From assembly GCA_965655095.1 (NCBI GenBank), contig CBFHFQ010000250.1, forward strand, positions 1-64,000: a stretch of 64,000 nucleotides of DNA. Direction: 5' to 3'. Positions 53,503 to 64,000 of the stretch are shown one piece after another. This DNA comes from Haplodiscus bocki (lineage: Eukaryota). The position numbers and the translations under genes were made by a program. Under the pieces are notes generated by a model. The model saw only the letters and a list, made by a program, of their open reading frames with translations, was not told the DNA's origin and ran no database searches. The first letter of the stretch is position 1, and the number at the start of each line of letters is the position of its first letter.

Positions 53503-53600
53503 ATCCGCACGCGTTATGAAATATCCGCACACGTAATAAAACATCCGCACCCGTAATAAAATATCCGCACGCGTGATAAAATATCCGCACGCGTAAAAAA
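53503..53600. repeat. 20-bp tandem repeat (ATCCGCACnCGT...), 5 copies; probable subterminal repeat of P4
   Basis: Directly visible; follows the pPolB stop; candidate terminus TACAACT at 53631-53637. Confidence 0.8.
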
Positions 53601-53732
53601 AGATGCAAGCCCGCAAAAGTTGAGAAAATTTACAACTAAGTAAGGATTAGACCCGTTGTAAGCCCCACATCTGCAAAGGACCCCCACCCTGTTGTGAAGA
53701 CCCTCATCCCCTATACCAGTTAGGAGCATTGC

Positions 53733-53872
53733 CTATCTTATAACATTACCGAACTATACCTTATCTTAATACATTGCCGGGCTGTACTCTATCTTAGTAC
53801 ATTGCCGAACTACACACTATCTTAAAACATTGCCGAACTTTACCCTATCTGAACTCATTGCCGAACTATACC
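53733..53872. repeat. ~29-bp tandem repeat (TATCTTAATACATTGCCGAACT...), about 5 copies
   Basis: Directly visible; a related unit occurs at 51867-51905. Confidence 0.85.
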
Positions 53873-54005
53873 TGTCGCAGCACACCTGCGAGGCATGCGA
53901 CCAGCTCCTACCAGCCAAAAAGACACCCTAACGCTCAGGAGAACTCAAACATTACATACTTTTAATCAAACTCTAACTGTCACTATAACATGTATTTTTG
54001 ACTGT

Positions 54006-55711
54006 TGTGCATATAGACGGATACGTATAAAAAACGTATCCCTACCAATGCATATATATTTGGGTACGTATTTTTACGGAACCAAACTGATCCGGACTAA
54101 GACGGAACCGCTACGGAACAAACAAGTGTTCAAAAAGTATTAATAACTATGTAATATATAAAAATGCTATGTAGTATGTGAAACCAAATATCGCTGAGCA
54201 TATTATAAATTAGCTGTTACTCAACATCAATACCAATAGTGCAGAAATGACAAGATAAAACAGATTCGACAGGTGCTAGCTTCTGATTCAAGCTCTAAGA
54301 TGAAAATACACATTAAGAGACTAGAAGACACCATTAAGCTTCGGCCGGAAATCTGCTACAAATACATGTGTCCTCCGTAATGCAGTAAAGTGACTATATA
54401 AACTTGTATTGAGCTGAATCTACACTACATCCGTCCCTATGTTTCCACTCCAAAATCCATTCTGCTATCAGCGCACAAGGAGACTCTCAGTTAGAGAGAG
54501 ATATAGCAGTAGATAGGACAGAAGTAGAATGGATTTGGGAGAAAGTAAAGATTTACATAGTTTTCCACCTTTCCAAGATGGAAAACGGTAGACATTGACT
54601 CTGCGACTGAGCTACCGACAGATGCCGATGAATAAAACACACATGAGTATATGCTAGACAACACACATCGGTTTCGGTCGGGAGAACAGCTTGCACCAGA
54701 TTTCAGACATTTTACGATGTCTGAGGACTTGATACTAATGCTGAAAATTTAAATACATGTAAACATACATTTTCCAATGTCTGTTTAATGAATAACTTGA
54801 TGTATCAGTACTCAGACGTATTCCGATGTACCATGCTCAGAATAGCACTACAAAAGAGTACATAAGATGTAAATTGGAAAATTCTGTAAAACACCCCCAA
54901 GGAACATATGAAACCATGTACCATGCAATTCGTCATATTTAGCCTTTATTTCAAAGAATTGCATAAAGTTAAGGTTTTATCGCTCTAGCTGTGGATTCGC
55001 GCGTCATGCAGTAATTAACTAATTATCATCTAGGCCGACGAGCCAATGAGAACTCACCGATGGTAATAACTGCGTCTAACCATCGGTCACGTGACCGCGC
55101 AAACCCAACCGCGGAAAGTTAGTAATTATAACTAGAAGAAGCGAGAGAACCACCGGGCAGACTACGTGCAAGCCAGGAAGTTTTAACGATTCTCATCATC
55201 TACCGTGACTTATATTTTAATACGTCGTTGTACCTCATGGGTAAAATTTGATTTTCTAAACTTTCCAAAATATACTCTCTGAATAAATATATCGGCCCAA
55301 GTTCTAATTTACCTCCTGCCAATTGTATGAGCTTTTCATGTGTGTTTAAAACACTAAGAAGCGAAAATTCGTACTAATTGAAAACGCAGCCCAAAATGTC
55401 GACGTATGGAGATGGAAACACAGAAGAAGGGGAAACGGGAGTAACTGAAGACAGCGAGGAGAATTACTTTGGACTCTCTCCAGAGTAAGTGGATGAGAGG
55501 ACGAAGATTAGCCTTGATCCTCTACATGCACAAATCTCTACCCTCACCGCGATGGTGGACAAATTACTTCAAAGCAATTTGACCACGGAATCTACGACGA
55601 CGAGTACCCGAGGGTCCGGACTCCAACAAGAGTCACCTTTCAGTGAAGGACCGGGATCATCTAAGTTCCCAACAGTAGCACCTCTGACCACCGCGGGATA
55701 CTCGCCCGACA
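54006..55711 (+). mobile_element. Solo LTR (1706 bp) with 5-bp TSD
   Basis: Starts TGT, ends ACA; ACTGT at 54001-54005 and 55712-55716; gag-like ORF start from 55396 runs to the LTR end. Confidence 0.78.
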
Positions 55712-56644
55712 ACTGTTTATATGGGAACTGAATAGGAACTATTATTTTTTTTTACTTTTGCATTGCTTAATCCATTGTTCTTCAAGAAATCATCTGTTTT
55801 CGAAGGTTAACGGCTTCTCAGTTTCTACACCCAGCTTAAAATTCACAAAATTTGAGAAATGCGCTTGCTTCTTCGGATAACGTTACTATAGTATGAGGAT
55901 GTTTGATTATAGCTCTGTAGAAACCAGCAAGCGTGGAAGGAGTTTTTGAAAATTTTGAGAAGCCATAGTGAGGATATAGAAAAACATCAAGTAAGGAACT
56001 GACAAAGTTCCAGTAGTTGATAGTTCCGGTTGCGTGTATTGACGAGTAAAGCAGAAATGTCAATGGAATTAGAGGTATACGCTAGAATCGAAAGTTTGTA
56101 ATCTTCGCTATCTCCAATTGTGAGGATGTGTGGCATTACTTCGATTAATTTGAATTTCAAAAAATTTTTTAGTGGATTTGTTTGTTCAGTTTGATTAAAT
56201 GCAACAAAAAATAATTTAGGCTGAGTGTTTTTGAAAGCAGAGCATACCGAAACGAATAAAATCCCAATCGTTTCTTAGATAGAGTTCCCATTTCAAGTTT
56301 CAGGGGATTCAAGAAGGTGGAGGGAGAAAGTGGCCTTTAAGTATTGTCAGGGACCTTGGTTGCCGCTGCTAACATGCTTGGTACAAGCCAATTTCCTATT
56401 GGTTGCATGATATGGCAGCAAGCTGTTATTTTGGAGTCGATCTGCGAAACCAACTCGATCAAAAATTTCTTTCTCGCTGAATGGACGAGACTCCTTACTC
56501 CTCATGACTTTTTCTCTTCTTCTTTTCTCCCTTTTACTTAGACAAATTATTTTATGTCCAACTCCAATTTTTCAAAAAAAATCCAAGTCAAAGTTTCTGT
56601 CTGACTTAGGATATTTCTTTCTTTTTGCTTTCCCATTCCATACT

Positions 56645-56906
56645 CTTGCCACTGGAGTCTATACAGTGTCCACTAACGCCTGCTTCGGTATTGACTTATG
56701 CAGATTCCGTGGACGAATTTCGGTTCTGAAACAGGAGTGAATTTTAAGCCGTGCAACCAAATTCCCTATTTTTACTCACCTATTTCGGTGTTGTTGCCAC
56801 TGGAGTCTAAACGATGTCTACTCAAGCCAGCTTGAGTATTGGCGTGTGCGGTTTAAGTGGACGAACTCCGGCTCTGAAGCAACAGTGAACCCTAAACTGC
56901 AAAACC
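56645..56906. repeat. Diverged direct duplication (~110-bp unit, 150-bp period)
   Basis: ttgccactggagtcta...gtggacgaa...tctgaa...agtgaa occurs twice. Confidence 0.7.
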
Positions 56907-57429
56907 CTCAGGAAATTCCTTGGAAGAGATATATTTGGCATTACATAATAGACCAAGTCTCACTTCGTCTGCTGCCGTGGTAATTTAGAGTTCATTCTAT
57001 TTTCGTAGATACGGACTAAATTTACAGAAACGGTCCCTTTCTGCAAACATCCTAGAACAAAGCTCTTCCTTGTTAAAACTTAAACATCCCCGTTCGATCC
57101 TATTGCAAGTCAGATTGACAAGAGGAAAGTACCAGAACAACACGCAGAATAAACTACTCCATCACCAGTGTCCGTTAGTTACCAAGTTTTCTAGTCCAGA
57201 ATGAGTACATCTCTCTGGTCAATCCTAATTTTTATTTTTTGAGTCCTCCTGTGGAATTGGCCGGACAATAGTCTCGGTTGGAGAAAGAGGGACCAAGAAA
57301 AAATCACCAGGTTGCCGCTAGAAGCGAGTTTTCACGTGAGTCTTAGATAAAACCTACAACACCCCAAACCCCGCGAATAAATCCGGAGATTTATTCACGG
57401 TTTGGAAAATGGGGAAAGTTAGGATCTTT

Positions 57430-57629
57430 NNNNNNNNNNNNNNNNNNNNNNNNNNNNNNNNNNNNNNNNNNNNNNNNNNNNNNNNNNNNNNNNNNNNNNN
57501 NNNNNNNNNNNNNNNNNNNNNNNNNNNNNNNNNNNNNNNNNNNNNNNNNNNNNNNNNNNNNNNNNNNNNNNNNNNNNNNNNNNNNNNNNNNNNNNNNNNN
57601 NNNNNNNNNNNNNNNNNNNNNNNNNNNNN
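57430..57629. other. Assembly gap (200 N)
   Basis: Run of N. Confidence 1.
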
Positions 57630-57842
57630 AACAAATTTCAGTTTCAAAGCCAAGTACGTCCCAAATCAACGTAAGAGCTCCGATCCGTTTGAAGCTCAAA
57701 TTCTATGCAGTATTCATCGAGTGACGTAGTAGAATACCTTTTTTTGTTCGAGGGACGACAAAACATCGTCAACTACTGGGACTTTCCATCCAAGTTTCCC
57801 AAAAACTGCCACAAAAGGTTGGTACCTAAAATTGGTCGACAT
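57630..57842 (-). pseudogene. P5 major capsid protein N-terminus
   Basis: MSTNFRYQPF...PVVDDVLSS...TTSLDEYCIEFELQTDRSSYVDL..TYLALKLKFV, matching the Polinton MCP start (IEF.....Y.DL..T.L.LK.K). Confidence 0.75.
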
Positions 57843-57844
57843 GA

Positions 57845-58185
57845 TTAATGAAAAATATTTGTAAAAATGTCTCCTCGCGGCCAACTAGTTTGATTTGCAG
57901 ATGTTGTTGGAACGACTCCGCTTGGATTTCGTTTCCTGCTACCATTACCCAATTGTTTTCTCAAAGTTCGTCTCCCACACACCTTGCAGCTGTCTTGATT
58001 CTTTTCAACCACCAACAACAACTGCAATTTCTAGCGCAGCAAATTTCAAAAAATCAGCACCCACGCAGTTTGCAGCTGAATATAATTACGCAAAAAGGCA
58101 ATTGCGGTTCTCCCAATACGTTGTGCAAATGCACAAAATTCCGGCCCAGGTTGTCGACCAAAACCTCTATTGAATGGAATCTCCA
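57845..58185 (-). pseudogene. P5 basic core (pVII-like) protein
   Basis: Frameshifted GRQ.G..F.A.AQ..GRTAI.F.R...GADF start; ends RTLRKQLGNGSRKR; lies directly upstream of the MCP. Confidence 0.55.
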
Positions 58186-58254
58186 CTTGTGTTGAAGCAA
58201 CCATCTTGCAACGTCTTTTAGGTTAGAAATGAAAGATGGAGTCTTTTTTAAACA

Positions 58255-59023
58255 TCAAAACGAGATGAGTGATACCAACAGACACAAAAAGTTTTTTTCA
58301 CCGCTCGTGTCTCGCAAGTTAATATGAACACTGTGGAAAGAACATTTGAGCAGTGGTCTGGATGACAGGTTGATAAATGTCTGATAGTCCATGTACTTTT
58401 GTCCTGTAGTTATAATGTCTCCAGATTTGAGCTTTGAAATGAAAAAAAGCAACGCAGCAGTGGAACTTTCGTGCCGCCAACAATATTCTACTCAATCAGG
58501 TCCGTGTATATAATGAGAGAGTGTGTGCGGACAATTTCGTAAGCCAAAACTGGTCTGTGAGGCCCTTTTCCTCTCGAAACTACTACAAATTCACTGCCAA
58601 CATTGCTACTGAAAACGTGTCCGATGTCCGTACCAAAAAATGCAAGACCAAATCATTCATTTGCAAGGTGAACTTCAAATTCTTGCGTTCGTCGAGAGAC
58701 TGTGATACAGCTTTCGTTGTGATTGTGTATTTCTTGAATGAGACTGTTCATAGCTTTAACAATATCCGTAAATTTGGGGTAGAGAATGGGTTCCAGAAAG
58801 TAAAATTCAGATAGTTTGAAAGTTTTTTTAATAAAGAACATAAACTTTCCCTCCGTGACATTTTGGTACTTTGATGGGTAAGACTTTTCCAAAACTGCAA
58901 CCTCCCACTGACATTCCAGAATCAGTTGCTTCAACAGAAAAAAATTGTAAAAGGGCTGAGTGTATTGTCTGAAAATAGTTGTGCAGATGCATTAGAAACC
59001 AACTGTAATGTAAACGATTCCAT
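58255..59023 (-). pseudogene. P5 minor capsid (penton)
   Basis: MESFTLQLVSNASAQLFSDNTLS...QWEVAV.E.SYP; SLIIYTDLIE..IVGGTKVPLLR; INLRDTSGEK. Confidence 0.82.
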
Positions 59024-59025
59024 CG

Positions 59026-59880
59026 TTAAATGACTTTGATCAATTCTTTTTGATAAAATTTACAGCGGATAATCTCATCCTGTTCATCCTTTATTGTGTA
59101 TGTTGGAGGTTTTTGGGAAGAAATTGCAAAAATTTCAAATTTTTCTAGTGTAAACGGGAACCTGAAGAGTAAGCCATACTTGGAGATGCGAACTCTTTCT
59201 CCAATCTGAAGCTTGGGTTTCTTATTTTCTTGTAGCGACTTGCTGTACACAATGGACAAGAAGTTGGAACTCTTGACATCTGTTGACATCAAGCCTGTCG
59301 AGCAATTTTTTCTAGCTTTCAGGATTGTGACGAATTGAGACATTTTGTGAATCCATATCCACATTCACCATATCCATATCCATATCCTATCCATAGTCTT
59401 CCAAGTAACGGTTAAGTATATTTTTCAAGGATCGTATTGTACGTTCAGCAAATGCAGCTTTAATTTCAGTCATTGTAGAGTGAATTTGTAATCTTTCAGT
59501 TTTGCATAGTTTTTGTAATCATAGTCAAAAATTCACGAACCGTTTCGTTGGAATCTTTTGTTTTTATTCCTTTTGCATCTACGGTTCTATCACACAGGTT
59601 TTGACGAATTAGTGTACTCGTTACACCGTTGTTATTTTTGGCTTGTTTTTCAAGGTATGCTGGGTCCATACACCAAATGTCATTTTTAAATCAGGCAAAT
59701 GCTTTCATTCTGTTGAAGTTACGCGTAGTAAGAGTAAAGTTTGTGGACGGAGGTTTCGAATGTAAAAATTGTCTCACTTTTGATACTGACAGGGTGCTAT
59801 TTTTAATTAAATTGCGTACAGACCCAAAAGCGGCAAAGCTCTCCGTGTACGGTTTTTGCAGCTTCTGATGTTCATATTTT
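59026..59880 (-). pseudogene. P5 rve integrase
   Basis: AFGSVRNL...NDIWCMD; KAAFAERTIRSLK; IGERVRISK...PPTYTIKDEQDEII..KFYQKEL. Confidence 0.88.
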
Positions 59881-60403
59881 GATAGGAAGCCAGCTCCCTC
59901 TCTCTTTGATTTTGACATTTTGATTCAGAACCACAGTTGCAGATATACCAGCGGCATCAAGTACAGTAGAGTAAATGTCAAAAATGTCTGCGTTTTCACA
60001 ACGAAGATGTTGAGCAAAGTCTGAGAGTAAAGCTCCAGTTCCCTTATCATCCAATATTAAAGTCTGCGAATTTGAGAGCTTGATACGAATACAAGACAGA
60101 ATTTTGTCGACTAAAGACTCTGCTTTGGCAAGAAGTTTTTTCTTTAATTCCTTTTTGAGCGAAACAATTTGCTACGTGGGATTTTGTTCAGGACAGCTAT
60201 TTGGAAGCACCTGCTATGTAACTGTCAGAGTAGTCAAATTCTTAGTGTTGTTTTGCACAGAAGCGGGGACGAGAACAAACTGCTGCATATCAAGACAAAT
60301 GCATAATGACGGGACGGTTAATTACCTTCATGAGTTGTAAACATTTTTTGGATGCCAGAACGTCTCTTCCTTGCTTCTATGTGATTTTTTCAAGAAAGAG
60401 CAA

Positions 60404-61030
60404 TCAAACTGCATTTTGAAATTTTGTCACGTGATGTCTTTCAATGCTTTGCAGGTTTCCTTTGAGAAGATTTCCTATAATTCGCAGATGAACATGATAA
60501 GATTTCTTTGGCAAGACTAAGGGAAAAGACTTTGGCACTTGTGGGAAAATGATTGGAACACTTGGAGAGTAGATATATTTTGTGAGTTCATTGTTCAAAA
60601 ACTTTGTCTGTTTCAGTCGGTCCGAGATATAAAACTTCAAAGAAATGGATCCGGTGTTTGAAAAAAAATGTGATCGATATTCTGTTCATGGGGACAAGTT
60701 AATCAACGAATGACCGTAGGGTACAGACGTAGCGTCTCGATGTCAGTCAACTAGTTCTAAACTGAGACCCAATTGTTGGACCGTTGTTTCTTAGCGAATC
60801 TATAAAATCAAAGTTTACACCTTGAACAAACTCGAAATTTTCAATCTCTTTCTGCATAACATCGTAAAGTGGCTGAGAGTGTTGAAAAAAAAGTAACTTT
60901 TGTCAAATTCTGGTTCAAATCCACCCGTTTTCAGCAAATTGCAAATAAGTTTTGATTTTCCCGTCTCGGACGGACCAACCAATGATGATACAAAGATGCA
61001 ATTTTTTGTGGGAATTATGCTGTGTGTAGA
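60404..61030 (-). pseudogene. P5 packaging ATPase
   Basis: LVGPSETGKS Walker A at ~60950-60982; FEFVQGVNFDFIDSL. Confidence 0.78.
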
Positions 61031-61394
61031 TTTGGTAATGGTAAAATGTGTCCAACTGCACTACACAAAAGTCCTACCTAAACAGTTGATTCGCCACAGG
61101 GTTCTGATAGTTTGATTTTCCAAAAGCAATTGAAGATAATCAACAAAAACACAAAAAGTTGGTACAAAAACACAATAAAAGATCTCGAACACGTTTGTTC
61201 CAAACAGGCCCACGTTTTCTTCTCTTGATTGTTGCGTCAAAGACAAGTTCACCTAAATGAAAACTATATTTTTGATCCGTCATCTGTCTTGTACGCTCAG
61301 TTTCTCAATATTGAATCTTGAAAAAACGATTGAATCAATTTGAAAGATTTCAATTCGTTGACGTCGACAACACAATGCACAATAAAAAAAATTT

Positions 61395-61845
61395 GCAACA
61401 TTAAATGCTGCATCATCCGGCTTCCACATAAATTTGTTTGCGCTCCGCACAGTGAAGTGTGTGGCCTTGTGTCTGAATGGCTAACTCGAACAAATCATTA
61501 TTTCTTCAAAAGCGAGACCTTGAACTTTGGGACAGCCATGATCCTCCAAATCTTCCACCTCCTTACCCTTTAATCTGCCAAGAATCTTGCTTTTTTTGTT
61601 TCTTCTGCAAAAATTTCTCCCTTTACATCACTGGGAAAAATTTTGGCAAGCTCACTGTAATTCAAACGTCCACTGTTCCACACCATTCCGTGCAAGTTTT
61701 CTGTACACCAAACTGCTTGCTTTGTGGGTTTGTAAGTTCTTGGAGGGCGATATGGGTATCCCTGGACATTCTCAATAATGAAAACTCCCAACTCCGTAAT
61801 ATTATTTTTCTCTGCAAAGTCAACATCTAGTACAATGCAAGACAT
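61395..61845 (-). pseudogene. P5 DEDD-like 3'-5' exonuclease remnant
   Basis: MSCIVLDVDF...ITELGV...WCTENLHGMVWNSG resembles a DEDD exonuclease N-terminus. Confidence 0.5.
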
Positions 61846-61859
61846 ACTGCTTCAAGGGT

Positions 61860-62300
61860 TGATAGAGTTGAACATGGAGGGTAGAAAGAGTTTTACGTGA
61901 AAGCAAAGGAGTAGTCCAGTCCAATGACCAAGCAAACTTGATATTTGTCCTCGTCCAATCATGTAGGAGTAAAAAGTCCTTTGCCACTACATGGTCTTAG
62001 TGCTCCACCAACCTCGTGTAAAAATGCATGTAGTCTAAACTCATTGAAATGAAAAAATATAAATCCCAAGCACGAGTCGCCATAACCAAAGGTTCCACCG
62101 AATTTAAATTTTTGATCCATCTCAAGTAAAGAAATTCTAGAACCCCAACAGAAACATGCACTTAGAAAGAGGTTTTTGCGCGCACTGTTGTGTTTAAATG
62201 ACAATTTTAATCCCAGATACAATCAGAAAACGCTCATTAAAAGGAGTACATCCATTCCTGACAAAATTTGTTTTATTTATGAACAGTTGTTTCTTCCAGT
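61860..62300 (-). pseudogene. P5 candidate phospholipase A2-like protein
   Basis: GGTFGYG...FRLHAFLHE (HE where PLA2 has HD). Motif-level resemblance only. Confidence 0.3.
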
Positions 62301-62744
62301 ACAATACACCGCTTGTAAAATATGTCGTTGTAGCTCAATACATAAATTTGTTTTGCCAAAAGTTACTGGTATTCTGTCAGTTTTAGATCAACATCATTGT
62401 CCACGAAGTACGGATTGTTTCGGTAACGGTACACGACAAAAGTGAGATTGTCTGTATCAGTCTTGAAGTTTACACATACTTCTCTTCTACCATTTTATAT
62501 CGTTCATTTTAGGCAGGAAAATTCTTCTATGGAATAAATCTTTTCACTTTCTGGAAAATGCTGCATTTCAACTACAGTTTGAGTGAGTTTTTCGGGAGAA
62601 GTTCTAGGAGTTGTAAGTACAACAAGATAAAGTCCCAAGTTTGATTTCAGCTTGAGGAAGAGGTTTCTATTATCTCCAAGGTTCCGAATAATCCTGAGTG
62701 GAACAGAAAGAAAATGATAAGGAGCAAGAAATTGCAATCAGTTT

Positions 62745-63323
62745 TTATGGGGCAATACAAAGCCGTTTTTTACCAATAACGTTATCATTCACAGAGTTTA
62801 TTAGAATGAGTACATAGATAATTTCTTCAAGTTTATATTTCACAAAGACAACTTGTTGAAATTTCTTGTCTTCCTTCTTCCTTGCAAAAATTCGGACTTG
62901 AGCATAACAATTTTTTGGTTTGTCGTTACTGTAACGCAGCAGAGACACAAAAAGCCTTCTGTTAGCTCGGTCCAGTACGTCAACCACCTCGTGAGCCAGT
63001 TTAAGTTGTTCAGCCAAGTCTTTAGACATTGTAGGTATCAACATTGGGAGATGTCTTCCTCTCTAGCAACGTTTTCTGCCGCAACGACCAGCTAATTCCA
63101 CCACCGCATAAACTGGATGAAGTCTGCTTCTCCCATTGTAAGATTTTATACCTGTCCGAACTCTTTGTTGTCATCTTTCTTGAAAACTTTGAATTTTACA
63201 TCCAAGTAATTGGAATCCTTTTTTTACCAGGAAAACTGTCCAAATCTGTCTTGGCATTTGCCAAAAGTTCACATAGTTGGTAAAAGTCAGATTGTCCAAG
63301 GAAACAGTAGTGTCATAAGTCAT
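62745..63323 (-). pseudogene. P5 candidate PC4-like ssDNA-binding protein
   Basis: Two similar modules: NYLDVKFKVFKKDD...LTMGEADF and CYAQVRIFARKKED...YKLEE. Confidence 0.35.
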
Positions 63324-64000
63324 GACTGAACGAGATAAAAAAGCTGGTAGCTGGAAGAAATGATTCATTTTTGTGAATGAATGTTGATGAATGACTTTAG
63401 AGTTGAAATTTCGTACCTATAAACGCTATTTTTTTGGTCGTTGTCATGTAAAAATTCCATATGAGGAGATTCTTTCCCTTTTTGGCCATTGTCACGTGAC
63501 GTGTCCATATATGGAACCTCTTTCCCTTTTTGGTAGGTTTGTAGAAAAAGTAATGGTATGGTTTTTTCAGATTCATTTGATCAGAAAACGACTGAACAAT
63601 TAGATGGCAGCTGTAATGTTACAAGTGATTCCCAGCTTTTGCACAAGTTAATCAACAAATAGTCTTTTTTTTTACTGCAAACACTTATGAAAAATACATT
63701 GTGAGTAAAATATACTGTTTTGTTGGCCACGATGACAAGGTGTGCTTCCTACCCAAGTGCAGATATCACATTAAACAATTAGGCGACATTGAAGATTTGC
63801 TAAAAAAAACTGGATGCATTCTGTTACAACAACCAACACGTGGACTGTCTGTCTACACTTTTTAAGTACCGATTGAGTGGTAAAATTGTTGTCAAGAATG
63901 GAGAACTCTTTGATAATTTGCCGAGCGTAGTTCATTTCAACCACCAACACAGATGAGTGGACAGAATGCGTAGCGTTGCGACAAAGAGACTCTTGAGGAA

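Larger units (their letters stand above)
57630..64000 (-). mobile_element. P5: degraded Polinton of a second family; left part lost in N gap, right boundary not seen
   Basis: Minus-strand order: PC4-like, PLA2-like, DEDD-like, ATPase, hypothetical, integrase, penton, basic core protein, MCP. Assignment of the last ~0.6 kb is uncertain. Confidence 0.85.

Noticed and set aside
53503-53872. 20-bp and 29-bp repeat arrays as CRISPR
   Set aside because: Head-to-tail tandem units without unique spacers, no cas genes, eukaryotic context.
1-64000. Assigning the host species (the repeat content reminded me of an acoel flatworm genome)
   Set aside because: Based on recall only; it cannot be supported from the sequence without a database search.

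Overview
AT-rich eukaryotic (metazoan-type) genomic DNA with two 200-N scaffold gaps (36209-36408, 57430-57629). One intact-looking host gene is visible on the + strand: three phase-compatible exons (2240-2992, 3396-4514, 21634-21836) encoding the end of a NIDO domain, an AMOP domain and a VWD domain (MUC4/SUSD2/mesh-like extracellular protein). About two thirds of the window (roughly 43 kb) consists of decayed Polinton/Maverick (adintovirus-like) endogenous viral elements. P1 is a full-length ~15.2 kb copy with both TIRs (4968-20131) inside the 17 kb host intron. P2 is a diverged, collinear relative on the - strand (~23.7-36.2 kb). P3 is a ~7.9 kb unit bounded by ~870 bp inverted repeats; it carries tandem penton-like genes, an HTH gene and only a stub of pPolB. 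P4 is a pPolB C-terminal fragment of another lineage with subterminal repeats. P5 is a differently organised Polinton (57.6 kb to window end). The window also has LTR-retroelement remnants, including a 1.7 kb solo LTR with a perfect 5-bp TSD whose 3' end contains a long gag-like ORF start behind a candidate splice acceptor. All viral genes are pseudogenised (stops/frameshifts), so their coordinates are approximate. Product calls come from motif recognition by eye, not from database searches.
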